DNA of 64,000 bases from an uncultured Eubacteriales bacterium (GCA_964367815.1 CAYIYR010000004.1:3236-67235); one strand, 5' to 3'. Counted from the first letter of the stretch, positions 20,575-30,059 are shown. Notes: generated by a model not told the origin, from the sequence alone. Translations and numbers: made by a program.

Positions 20575-21756
20575 CTAATTATTTCTTCTCCTTAAGAAAG
20601 CCGGTAGTAAGGACTCATCCTCAACTTTCGGTTCCTTGCTAATACTACTATTTTCAAAAATCTGATCAACATCAGGTTGTTTCTTAACATTCTTAAACTG
20701 GTCCGGATCAATTCGCTGAATTTGATCATTACCAAGATCCAAGCTTAATGAATCATTGATTGGACGATCACGTAATGGACGATTAACCTTATGCAAATCG
20801 CCACCTGCAAAATCAGTTGCGATTACCGTTACTAACATATCATCTTCAAGATCTAAATCAACTGCGACACCAAAGATGACATTGATATCACTATCACCGG
20901 AAGCTTCGCGAACAATTTCAACCGCTTCATTAGCATCTAACAAAGTCATAGTCTTACCACCAGTTATGTTAACGATCGCATTGCGAGCACCTTTAATTGA
21001 AGCCTCAAGCAATGGTGATGAAACCGCTTGTGAAGCTGCATCTTTCGCCCGATTTTCGCCTTGTCCACGACCCATACCAATCAAAGCTGTTCCCTTGTTT
21101 GCCATGATATTCTTGACATCAGCAAAATCTAGATTAATCAAAGCTGGTTTCAAGATTAAATCGGTAATTGTTTTAACGCTGTGGCAAAGGACATAATCTG
21201 CTTCCTTGAAGGAATCACCCAATGGAATATCACCGCTCATTTGTAGCAATTGATCATTGGAAATAACTATTAAGGAATCCACATTTGGTCTTAACGCCTG
21301 TAAACCTTCGACAGCATGAGCATTTCTAACCTTACCTTCAAAAGTAAAAGGTCTAGTGACGATGCCAACCGTTAAACAACCAAGTTCCTTACAGATACGA
21401 GCAATAACAGGAGCTGCTCCAGTACCCGTACCACCACCCATACCGGCAGCGATAAAGACCATGTTTGCACCTCTTAAGGCATTCTTAATATCATCAATAC
21501 TGGCTTCAGCAGCTTTGCGACCAAGTTCTGGATTCGCACCGGCTCCCAAACCATGAGTAATATCTTCGCCAAGAGTAATTCTATTTTGGACTAGTGTCGA
21601 AAATAAAACTTGAGCATCAGTATTGACCGCCCAAAATTCGACACCATCGATTTTCTCCTGGGCCATTCTATTTACAGCGTTATTTCCAGCACCACCAACA
21701 CCAATAACCTTGATGTTAGCAATGAATTCTTGATTTGGCTGGTTTTGGAAACTCAT
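20575..21756 (-). CDS. ftsZ: Cell division GTPase FtsZ
   Basis: 393 aa with the tubulin signature GGGTGTG and T7 loop. Confidence 0.95.
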   Translation of the reverse strand: MSFQNQPNQEFIANIKVIGVGGAGNNAVNRMAQEKIDGVEFWAVNTDAQVLFSTLVQNRITLGEDITHGLGAGANPELGRKAAEASIDDIKNALRGANMVFIAAGMGGGTGTGAAPVIARICKELGCLTVGIVTRPFTFEGKVRNAHAVEGLQALRPNVDSLIVISNDQLLQMSGDIPLGDSFKEADYVLCHSVKTITDLILKPALINLDFADVKNIMANKGTALIGMGRGQGENRAKDAASQAVSSPLLEASIKGARNAIVNITGGKTMTLLDANEAVEIVREASGDSDINVIFGVAVDLDLEDDMLVTVIATDFAGGDLHKVNRPLRDRPINDSLSLDLGNDQIQRIDPDQFKNVKKQPDVDQIFENSSISKEPKVEDESLLPAFLRRRNN

Positions 21757-21767
21757 ACTATCTCCTC

Positions 21768-22916
21768 CTAAATCTGTACAAGACTTAAATTAATTAACGA
21801 CATTTTTGCTAAATAATAAACTAATCCGCCCACAGCGACATTAAACTGGGCACTACGTCCGCCAACATGTCCAATAGTCCGGCGGTAACATTTTATGTTG
21901 AGATATTGAGAAACTTTAGTTTCAATGCCAACAATCTCTGCTCCGCCGCCGGTAACAATTAAAGGAACATCCGGCGTCTTCACTAGAAATTCGACTGACT
22001 TCTTAACTTCCGACAAAATCATATTTAAAGCATTTTCAACAATCTTGACAATGTCAATCTCTTTAATGATTTTCTCATCGACAGGATTCTTAAAAACGCC
22101 AACACTACTAGCTTCATTAGTCAAGGCACTGCCATATTTTAATAACATCATTTTAGCAGTTTTAATATCAACACCGAAGGTCTTCATTAATTCATCAGCG
22201 ATACAGTCGACACCGTATTTTCCTTGCTTATAACTACATAATAGGTAGTCATAGAAAGTTGATACAGAATTTGACTCACCACCAAGATCAAGAATCAAAG
22301 CGCCATTCTTATATTCCTGTGGTTTTAATAGCAAGGCAGCATTCGCTAAAGGTGAAGAAATGGCATCTAAAACTGTGATATCCATATCTTGAAGTAGATC
22401 AACATAACCACGAGCAATAGCAATTGGTAGAGTAATAACAAAAGCATCTAACGAAATCTTAGTTCCGCGATAGCCTACGGGTTCATCCCGCTTATACACT
22501 TCTCCATCTAAGAAATACTGAATCGGATAAATTCCGACCACCATCTCATGTTCAAGAATTTGGTGGCGGCTAACTGCCCTTTTCAATAGATCGATGTCCT
22601 TGCTGCTGACTAAGCGACCATTAGCGACAATGTTTTCGGCTTTTCTGCGATATACATTCATGTTATTGCTTGGCAGGATTAGGACCACTTCATTAATTTC
22701 ATAGCCATCCTTACCAGCAGTATCAAAAAGGCTTGTAATCGTAGTTTGTAACTCGGTTTTGGAAATGATTTCGCCATCGTGTACACCCTTTGTGGGAGAT
22801 AAATAGTTAGCACAAATATGGACTTTTTCATTATGAATGGTCCCGATAACTAACTTAGAAAAGCTTTCGCCAATGTCAATGGCGGCATAAACTGTACTTG
22901 AAATCATTACTTCCAC
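21768..22916 (-). CDS. ftsA: Cell division protein FtsA
   Basis: 382 aa actin-like ATPase (AIDIGESFSKLVIG...). Immediately upstream of ftsZ. Confidence 0.8.
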   Translation of the reverse strand: MEVMISSTVYAAIDIGESFSKLVIGTIHNEKVHICANYLSPTKGVHDGEIISKTELQTTITSLFDTAGKDGYEINEVVLILPSNNMNVYRRKAENIVANGRLVSSKDIDLLKRAVSRHQILEHEMVVGIYPIQYFLDGEVYKRDEPVGYRGTKISLDAFVITLPIAIARGYVDLLQDMDITVLDAISSPLANAALLLKPQEYKNGALILDLGGESNSVSTFYDYLLCSYKQGKYGVDCIADELMKTFGVDIKTAKMMLLKYGSALTNEASSVGVFKNPVDEKIIKEIDIVKIVENALNMILSEVKKSVEFLVKTPDVPLIVTGGGAEIVGIETKVSQYLNIKCYRRTIGHVGGRSAQFNVAVGGLVYYLAKMSLINLSLVQI

Positions 22917-23054
22917 CTCTTAATGATTTTAGCATAGAAGCTAGAAAATGTATAGATTATTTCAACAAAAAATCCTTTCAGAAAGTGACATATTCTGACA
23001 GAGATAGAAAAATGCCTACTGCTATGCAGTAAGCCATAATCAGATTTTTCTTCA

Positions 23055-23951
23055 TTAATTACGAATAATGGTTATTTCTTCTTCCAGCATAATTCCTTCT
23101 TGCTGATAAACACGTTTCTTGATTGTTTCTATTAGAGCATAAATTTGTTTTCCACCGATGTTATTCGGATTAACTATAAAATTTGCGTGTTTTGAAGATA
23201 TGTTGTTTTTAAACTCACAATCACTCAAGTCTATCTTTCTAATTAATTCATAAGCCTTATGACCAAATGGATTTTTGAATATGGAGCCAAGAGATGGTTG
23301 ATTCAAAACTTGGGTCTCTTGCTTTTTTTTGATAATACTTGTTAACCTTTCTCTTATCACTACTGATGGGACTTTTTCGGCGACAATTATCACTTTTAAA
23401 ACAATCATCTTTTGGGTCATAAATACCGAAGTTCGATAACCGAACTGGCACTCATCATGATACACCCAGCGAATTATCCCTTTATCGAGTACCAATACTT
23501 TCTCCACTAGTTCGCCAATTGAGCGACCATAACAAGAAGCATTCATAACAACGCTGCCCCCAACACTTCCAGGGATACCGCTGAGAAACTCTAATCCACC
23601 TAAATCTAAATTTGATAAAGCTAGTATTAATTTTGCGTTGCTTGCCCCTGCTTCGATTAGTGCACGATTTCGATTAATATCAATCCTTGAAAACTCTTTT
23701 CTAAACAATAAAATTGGTGTCTCAATCAAGGAAACCGCAAATAAAGTGTTTGAGCCTAAACCTAATACTGCGTATTCAGTTGAGCCAAGACAATCTATGA
23801 CACTTTTCAGTTGAGATACACTTACTATCGGTATCACAAAATCAAGGATACCCGGAGTTTTCATCGTCGAATAGTTCAGGGCCGAAACATTGCGAAGATA
23901 ATTTATCTGACAAGCATCAAGCTTCTGTACTATTTTTTCCATATTTCTCAA
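23055..23951 (-). CDS. murB: UDP-N-acetylenolpyruvoylglucosamine reductase
   Basis: 298 aa. FAD-binding motif GLGSNTLF, and GIPGSVGGSVVMNA. Confidence 0.85.
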   Translation of the reverse strand: MRNMEKIVQKLDACQINYLRNVSALNYSTMKTPGILDFVIPIVSVSQLKSVIDCLGSTEYAVLGLGSNTLFAVSLIETPILLFRKEFSRIDINRNRALIEAGASNAKLILALSNLDLGGLEFLSGIPGSVGGSVVMNASCYGRSIGELVEKVLVLDKGIIRWVYHDECQFGYRTSVFMTQKMIVLKVIIVAEKVPSVVIRERLTSIIKKKQETQVLNQPSLGSIFKNPFGHKAYELIRKIDLSDCEFKNNISSKHANFIVNPNNIGGKQIYALIETIKKRVYQQEGIMLEEEITIIRN

Positions 23952-24963
23952 TTAACTCAATGAATCTTGGTAATACATCATCTACTATTTCTTTCTCCGC
24001 TTGTTGTGACATAATTGTTAATAGCTTCTTATTTGATAGTAAATTTTCAATAGCACTCTTAAGCCTTTTTCCTGATAAGTCTTTCTCTTCAATAATTCTT
24101 GCGGCTCCCCAGCGTGAATAATGCTTGGCATTTTGGAGCTGATGATTATTTTTAACATAAGGACTGGGGATAAGTATAGCTGGTAAGCGACAGCTTGCAA
24201 TCTCTGCTAACGTTGAAGCCCCACTGCGGCAAACAATTAGTTCACAATTTTTCATTGATGCAACTAAATCATCGCTGTATTCTTTGATGCAAACATCATC
24301 GCGAGTATTAAGTAAATCCATAAACTGATATTTATGATTATGTCCAATGATTACTAAGATTTTATAATCGGTCTTTTTAATCTCTAAATAGTCTTTGACT
24401 ATTACGTTCACGCTTGTTGACCCTAGACTACCCATAACAATGATAGTATCATAATGAGTCATACTAGGTTCAATACTCTTACATTTTGTCATCAAAGGGT
24501 TACCAATAAAAGTCACTTTTCGATTACCCATATTTGTTTTCTCATAACTGGTGATTACCCTTGTTGAAAAAACACTTGCCAACCTGTTTGCTTGTCCCAT
24601 TTTAAAATTCTGTTCATGGATTAATACAGGTATTTTCATACTCCATCCACTATAAGAAAGAGCAAAAGATAAGGCACCACCAAAGCCAATGACTAGGTCG
24701 ATATCTTTCTCTTTAATTTCTTTTTTTAAAGCCCGAATTGTTCGCTGCATTTTAATCGTAAAAGTTAAGCACTTCTTAGGCTTAAAGCCACTGCATTCAA
24801 CTGCTATAAAATCTTTTTTTAATCGATTAAGTTCCTTGCTTTCAATCTTGCTTTCTTGGCCAATGTAATAGACCTTATGACCTCGTTCTTCTAAAGCGTT
24901 TCCCACCGTTAGTGCGGGATAAAAGTGACCGCCACTGCCACTTCCGCAGATCATGATATTCAT
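23917..24963 (-). CDS. murG: Undecaprenyldiphospho-muramoylpentapeptide beta-N-acetylglucosaminyltransferase
   Basis: 348 aa with N-terminal GSGSGGHFYPAL motif. Confidence 0.85.
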   Translation of the reverse strand: MNIMICGSGSGGHFYPALTVGNALEERGHKVYYIGQESKIESKELNRLKKDFIAVECSGFKPKKCLTFTIKMQRTIRALKKEIKEKDIDLVIGFGGALSFALSYSGWSMKIPVLIHEQNFKMGQANRLASVFSTRVITSYEKTNMGNRKVTFIGNPLMTKCKSIEPSMTHYDTIIVMGSLGSTSVNVIVKDYLEIKKTDYKILVIIGHNHKYQFMDLLNTRDDVCIKEYSDDLVASMKNCELIVCRSGASTLAEIASCRLPAILIPSPYVKNNHQLQNAKHYSRWGAARIIEEKDLSGKRLKSAIENLLSNKKLLTIMSQQAEKEIVDDVLPRFIELIEKYGKNSTEA

Positions 24964-26074
24964 CTAATTCCTCCCTATTTACAGCCACTAATACTCCAAC
25001 AGAGGAAAGGGTGATGACAAGCGATGAGCCTCCATAAGAAATAAAGGGCAAAGTAATACCCGTAACTGGTAGCAAGCCAACAACAACAGCTAGGTTAATG
25101 ATGGTTTGAATTGCCAACAGAGATGTGATTCCTGTAGCTAAAAAAGCCCGATAGTTATTTTTTGCGGATCTAGCAATTCTAAATCCATACCAGAATAAAG
25201 CCGCAAATAAGCCAATAACGATTAATCCCCCAATGAATCCCCACTCCTCAGCTAGCATACTGAAAGCAAAATCATTGAAAGGCTCAGGCAAGTAATAATG
25301 CTTTTGAATACTCCCATTAATTCCTAGCCCTAGAATTCCCCCTGGTCCAATCGCATATAATGATTGGATTATTTGGAATCCACTACCTAAGGGGTTCTGC
25401 CAAGGATCAATAAAAGAAGTAATGCGTTCTAAACGATAAGGAGCACTGATTATCAGCGCCGCGAAAGCCATTACCCCGACAATACCTAGTTTTATATAGT
25501 TACTAATTCTAGTTTTTGATATCATTGTCATCACTACTACTGACCCCAGCATGACAACGCCGGTGCCAAAATCTGGTTGCAGCATAATCAAGCCAAAGCC
25601 AATGAAACATGGTAGTAATACTGGAAGAAGAATGCCCTTAACAAAAGTTTTGGTCTCTGCATACTTATCATTCAACACACTTGCAGCATAAATTATCATC
25701 GTAAGTTTGAATATTTCTGCAGGTTGGACTGCAAACGAACCAATACCAAACCAACTTTGTGAGCCATTTCGTTCTTGACCAAGCCCTGGTATCAAGACTA
25801 ATCCTAAAAGGATTAAAGAAATAATTAGCAGAACTTTAGAATACTTGCTTAGAATCGCCAAATTCAAGCGACTGCAAGCCCAAAAAGCGCCTAATCCGAT
25901 AATTATAAAGAGGATTTGCTTCTTCGTATAGTAAAAAGCATCACCATAAAGGTATTCCGCCCAAATAGTTGATGAACTATAAACTGTATATAAACCAATC
26001 AGTGTTAAGCTGATAGCAATAAGAATCACCATTAATGAATTAATACTGCGGTTTCTACTGGTAAGCATAATCAA
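24875..26074 (-). CDS. ftsW: SEDS-family peptidoglycan glycosyltransferase FtsW/SpoVE
   Basis: 399 aa polytopic membrane protein of the FtsW/RodA/SpoVE family, in the dcw position between murD and murG. Confidence 0.85.
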   Translation of the reverse strand: MIMLTSRNRSINSLMVILIAISLTLIGLYTVYSSSTIWAEYLYGDAFYYTKKQILFIIIGLGAFWACSRLNLAILSKYSKVLLIISLILLGLVLIPGLGQERNGSQSWFGIGSFAVQPAEIFKLTMIIYAASVLNDKYAETKTFVKGILLPVLLPCFIGFGLIMLQPDFGTGVVMLGSVVVMTMISKTRISNYIKLGIVGVMAFAALIISAPYRLERITSFIDPWQNPLGSGFQIIQSLYAIGPGGILGLGINGSIQKHYYLPEPFNDFAFSMLAEEWGFIGGLIVIGLFAALFWYGFRIARSAKNNYRAFLATGITSLLAIQTIINLAVVVGLLPVTGITLPFISYGGSSLVITLSSVGVLVAVNREELDEYHDLRKWQWRSLLSRTNGGKRFRRTRS

Positions 26075-26152
26075 ATCGCCTCATAAAAATTTATGAAATA
26101 AAGTATTAATTTATGTTTGGAATTATCTTTAAAACAAGTTTGAAGAAGGCAC

Positions 26153-26177
26153 AAAAAAACCGCCTTATTTAGGCGGT
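26153..26177 (-). terminator. Intrinsic terminator after phaC
   Basis: CCGCCT-TATTT-AGGCGG hairpin followed on the minus strand by a U7 run. Confidence 0.6.
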
Positions 26178-26189
26178 CTTATTATTTAA

Positions 26190-27275
26190 TTATTCAGCTT
26201 TGCTTTTTTCAGCTAACCAAGAACCAATTTTTGGGGAGACTTCTTTTTGGCTCTTTGAACTAACATACATACCGATGTGGCCGACTGGGAAAGAAACGAA
26301 TTCTTTATCAGTGCTGCTAATAACATCGAGAATTGGCTTACTGCTTGATAATGGTACCAAGTGATCATACTCAGCACAAACAGCAAAGACTGGGCAGGTA
26401 ATGTTCTTTAGATTGACTTTATGTCCGCCTAAGACTAATTCGCCCTTCACCAATTTGTTATCTTTGTAAAGATCATTGATGAATTGTCTAATGGTTTCGC
26501 CTTCTTGAGCTGGTGAATCAAAGACCCATTTCTCCATTCTTAAGAAGTTTGTTAAGAACTCTGGGTTATCAATTTGCTTGTTGTTTGCTAAGGAAACATA
26601 CTTGTCAATTGTTAGGGAGAATGGTTTTAAGAGCAAGTAGGAAATGTTCATTAAATCGCCAGGAATAACGCCATAGGCATTAACTAAGGCATCGGCATCC
26701 ATGTGTTTGCTCCAAGCAAATAAGAGAGCATCATTAGGACTAAAATCAATTGGAGTAACCATGGTTACTAAAGCATTGACTTTCTCTTGGTGTAAAGCAG
26801 TATAGATTGTTGAGAAGTTGCCACCTTGGCAGACGCCAAGAAGGTTAATCTTGTCAAAACCAGTCTTTTCAATGATGAAGTTAACGCATTCATCCATATA
26901 CCAGTTAATATGATCATCCATACTCATATATAAATCTTCTGCAGTTGGATAACCCCAGTCGATGATATAGCAATCTAATCCTTGATCCAAGAATGATTTA
27001 ATAACTGAACGATCTGGTTGAATATCCATCATGTATTGCTTATTTACTAAAGCATAAGTAATCATTAATGGTCTCTTAATTCTTTTAGCAACTTTCGCGA
27101 TTGGTTTGTAATGATAAAGTTTCATCTTACCAATACCGAAGACAACCTCTTTGGCTAATAAATCGGATTTTACTTCATTGCGACTAATACTCATGAGGTT
27201 TTTTGTTCCTTTGAGAATGTTTTCTTGGAAATCAATTCCCTCTTGAATCGTCTTTTTGATATCAAATAATTCCAT
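26190..27275 (-). CDS. phaC: Poly(3-hydroxyalkanoate) synthase catalytic subunit PhaC, class III/IV type
   Basis: 361 aa alpha/beta-hydrolase fold. Lipase box carries Cys (GVCQGG) with downstream Asp (EYDHLVP) and His (FPVGHIG) triad candidates. Size matches class III/IV PhaC. Confidence 0.7.
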   Translation of the reverse strand: MELFDIKKTIQEGIDFQENILKGTKNLMSISRNEVKSDLLAKEVVFGIGKMKLYHYKPIAKVAKRIKRPLMITYALVNKQYMMDIQPDRSVIKSFLDQGLDCYIIDWGYPTAEDLYMSMDDHINWYMDECVNFIIEKTGFDKINLLGVCQGGNFSTIYTALHQEKVNALVTMVTPIDFSPNDALLFAWSKHMDADALVNAYGVIPGDLMNISYLLLKPFSLTIDKYVSLANNKQIDNPEFLTNFLRMEKWVFDSPAQEGETIRQFINDLYKDNKLVKGELVLGGHKVNLKNITCPVFAVCAEYDHLVPLSSSKPILDVISSTDKEFVSFPVGHIGMYVSSKSQKEVSPKIGSWLAEKSKAE

Positions 27276-27277
27276 TA

Positions 27278-28510
27278 TTACTTACCTCCGTTTTCTTTTT
27301 TGTTGCAAGCAGCAACAATTTTCTTCAAAGCAGCAATTTCTTCTTTCAATGTTTTAATTTCTTTGGTGTTATAGTAACTTTCTTTGCGTAGATCATAGAC
27401 TGTTTTGTATAGATTACGCATTTCAGAGTTCTTTGGAACTGGAGCCCAGGCTAAGAGTTTCTCAAGAATTAAATCGGATTCAGTTTTAAATTCGGCAGCT
27501 CTTTTGCCATATTCGCCAAATAATTGGGAGAATTCATCGGTACCGAAAACTTTGATAAAAGATTCCTCATTGATCTTAATGAATAGATCATAGAATTCCT
27601 TCATGGTCTTTGGTGTAGCACCATTCTTTGTAATCTCTTGGAATTTTTGGACAACTTCAATTAAGTTTTGTTTGCTAACTTCTTCAATTAAAGCAACTAA
27701 TTGAACTTGAGCAAGATATAACTTGTTGAATTTATCAAAACCAGCTAAGAATTGTTCGGTATCTTCTTTGGTTGCACCAAAGCCGGAAACATTAAAGAAT
27801 TTACCATAGGTTTTCTCGTAGCAATCAAATGATCTCTTATAAATATCAATATAAGCATTCTTGTCGCCTTTAAAAGCTGCTTGAACATCTTTTGCAACAT
27901 CTTCAGCAGAATCAGACCAAGGAGCAACAAAGCTATTTGATAGTTCTTGATAATCCTTGATTAGTTGTTTGGAATTGTTGAATAGTTCTTTGCCACCTTC
28001 TGGTAAGAATGGGGTTAAGATATCTTCAGTTAATTTCTCATAGACACTGCTCTTCTCTTCGATAAACTTTTTGACTTCACTAGCACTAGCGAAAGCATCT
28101 TTACCAATTAAGCTTTGATATAATTTGAATAAATCATTATAGACTAATGTACTATTCATAATTTTATTAAAGACATCAACTTGGGTTTCATTTGTATTGA
28201 ACATGTTATAAGTCCAAGGTTGTCCTTTAAAGAATGGATTTGAGCCAAATTGCTTCTGCCAATCTCCGAACATATTTTGATAACTTTTAACCATATTCGT
28301 ATACATATCATTTAGTAATGACGAATCACCTAAGCCAACTGTGGTTCCGGTGAAAGGGGCGACTTTCGGCATCACGTCCATCCAGCTTTTAATTAGCTCT
28401 TGTTGGCGCTTTAGACTTTCTTGAAAAAAATCACTCATGTATAATTCCTCCTCGTGAAAATATGAATTACCATTCACATTTGAGCCTAGTATAAAGGAAA
28501 ATATTTCCAT
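27278..28510 (-). CDS. Putative PHA synthase subunit PhaE-like protein
   Basis: 410 aa. Translationally coupled immediately upstream of phaC; assigned by position and size only. Confidence 0.35.
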   Translation of the reverse strand: MEIFSFILGSNVNGNSYFHEEELYMSDFFQESLKRQQELIKSWMDVMPKVAPFTGTTVGLGDSSLLNDMYTNMVKSYQNMFGDWQKQFGSNPFFKGQPWTYNMFNTNETQVDVFNKIMNSTLVYNDLFKLYQSLIGKDAFASASEVKKFIEEKSSVYEKLTEDILTPFLPEGGKELFNNSKQLIKDYQELSNSFVAPWSDSAEDVAKDVQAAFKGDKNAYIDIYKRSFDCYEKTYGKFFNVSGFGATKEDTEQFLAGFDKFNKLYLAQVQLVALIEEVSKQNLIEVVQKFQEITKNGATPKTMKEFYDLFIKINEESFIKVFGTDEFSQLFGEYGKRAAEFKTESDLILEKLLAWAPVPKNSEMRNLYKTVYDLRKESYYNTKEIKTLKEEIAALKKIVAACNKKENGGK

Positions 28511-28847
28511 TGTAAAGCACTTTGCACAATTTTTTTCACTTTTTTTAACGATTTTTTTAACATTTGTACAAATTTTTTAATTAGTTTCTTTATGAGACCC
28601 TGTTCAGAAAAATATTTTGAAACTGAATTTTAACAAAAAACTCCGCTTTTATCAGCGATTACTGGTTCACATTTCTTTTTTTACTGTTTTGTTATCAAAT
28701 TTCTATTAACTTATTAACCTTTTATTATTAATTTACGCGTATATATGTGCGAGATAAGTTGAAACCGCTTTCAACCAAATAGGACTTTTTATTGACTTCT
28801 TGCTAGTATATAATGTGGGCATTCAAGTAGGAAGGAGAACTCAATTC

Positions 28848-28922
28848 ATGAAAAACAAATCATTAGTCTGCGCTTCTAATTTCTACTTTTATTACTTTTA
28901 TTATCGCAAGCAGCATTGTTAA
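28848..28922 (+). CDS. Candidate leader peptide MKNKSLVCASNFYFYYFYYRKQHC, rich in Tyr/Phe codons
   Basis: Strong RBS AGGAAGGAG 8 nt upstream of ATG. 24 codons with eight consecutive aromatic codons (TTC TAC TTT TAT TAC TTT TAT TAT). Followed by alternative hairpins and a terminator. Confidence 0.45.
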   Translation: MKNKSLVCASNFYFYYFYYRKQHC

Positions 28923-29016
28923 AACCTGCTAGTTTTGTTTTGTAAAAGTAAAACTAATGTGGTGTTATTACGATGCTGATTTAAGAGTAATAACATTGCA
29001 GTCTATCATGAATTCC

Positions 29017-29049
29017 AGTGTTATTACCGAAAGTGATAACACTTTTTTG
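29017..29049 (+). terminator. Attenuator terminator in the ABC-transporter leader
   Basis: AGTGTTATTAC-CGAAA-GTGATAACACT gives an 11-bp stem (one G.U) plus a T6 run. Its 5' arm is identical to an upstream 10-mer that can pair with an intervening complementary segment. Confidence 0.6.
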
Positions 29050-29079
29050 TTTCATTATTTAAAGAAATGTGAGGGATCT

Positions 29080-30054
29080 ATGATGAAATTATTTAGAAAA
29101 CTATTAATGGTAGCACTGATGGCTACCGCAATTACTACTCTTGCAGGCTGTGGAAACAATAAAATTAAGATTGGTATTCTGCAACCCGTTGAACACTCAG
29201 CTCTGTCAAAAGCTCGTGAGGGCTTCATTGCTGGTTTAGCAGAAAATGGATATGGTGAGGATAAAGTAGAAATCAACTATCAGAATGCTTTAGGTGAAAA
29301 TGCTTCCTTAGTTTCGATGTCTTCTTCCCTAGTTAGAAAGAGTGATTTAGTCCTAGGCATTGCGACTGGAGCAGCTCAGCAACTAGTTGCCTCAGGGGCT
29401 GAAATTAATTTTACGAAACCAATTCTTTTTACAGCGGTCACCGATCCTGTTGATGCCGAATTGGTTACTTCACTTAGTAATCCGGGCAGCAATGTCACAG
29501 GGACTAGTGATATGAATCCTGTTGAAGCTCAGATTGCTTTGATTAAGGAAGTCTTACCAAGCGCTAAGAAAGTTGGCATTCTCTATACCGCCAGTGAACA
29601 AAACTCGGAAGTCCAAGCTCAGATGGCAAAAACAGCTGCTGAAGCTGCTGGATTAACCGTCGTCATTAAAACAATTTCACAAGCTTCTGAAATCGCTGCG
29701 GCAACCACAAATCTGGCCAAGCAAGTTGATTCCATTTATATTCCAACTGATAATTTATTGGCTAGTAATATGACCCTTGTCGGCCCGGCTGCCAATAATG
29801 AAAAGACACTCTTGGTCTGTGGTGAAAGCTCCATGGTAACAAATGGTGGTCATATTACCCTATCAATCGATTACTTTGAACTCGGCAAAATTACAGGAAA
29901 AATGGCTGCCGAAATATTAAATGGTAAAGCGACCTCTACTATGAACGTCCCCGTTTATCCATTGGAGTCCTGTACAATAGATATTAACGAAGATGGTTTA
30001 AAAGCAATTAATGTCAGTTTGCCACAAAGTATTAAGGATAGAATGGATAAGTAG
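29080..30054 (+). CDS. ABC transporter substrate-binding lipoprotein, ABC_sub_bind (COG2984) family
   Basis: Signal peptide with lipobox LAGC. Start at MMKLFRK after RBS GAGGGA; the ORF-track start at 28957 would translate leader RNA. Confidence 0.8.
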   Translation: MMKLFRKLLMVALMATAITTLAGCGNNKIKIGILQPVEHSALSKAREGFIAGLAENGYGEDKVEINYQNALGENASLVSMSSSLVRKSDLVLGIATGAAQQLVASGAEINFTKPILFTAVTDPVDAELVTSLSNPGSNVTGTSDMNPVEAQIALIKEVLPSAKKVGILYTASEQNSEVQAQMAKTAAEAAGLTVVIKTISQASEIAAATTNLAKQVDSIYIPTDNLLASNMTLVGPAANNEKTLLVCGESSMVTNGGHITLSIDYFELGKITGKMAAEILNGKATSTMNVPVYPLESCTIDINEDGLKAINVSLPQSIKDRMDK

Positions 30055-30059
30055 CTAAT

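Noticed and set aside
26190-27275. Alternative call of the PhaC ORF as a generic alpha/beta-hydrolase or esterase
   Set aside because: The nucleophile box contains Cys (GVCQGG) rather than Ser. Size and triad spacing fit class III/IV PHA synthases, and the gene is coupled to a PhaE-positioned partner.
28962-29027. Identical 10-mer GTGTTATTAC repeated 56 nt apart, considered as a mini CRISPR or repeat array
   Set aside because: There are only two copies, with a complementary segment between them and a terminator downstream. This is better explained as alternative RNA pairing in an attenuator. No CRISPR-like arrays were seen anywhere in the window.
28957-29079. ORF-track N-terminal extension of the ABC substrate-binding protein (MWCYYDADLRVITLQSIMNSS...)
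   Set aside because: This stretch is the attenuator RNA (hairpins and terminator) read in frame. The genuine start is the Met before the signal peptide/lipobox at about 29080, preceded by RBS GAGGGA.
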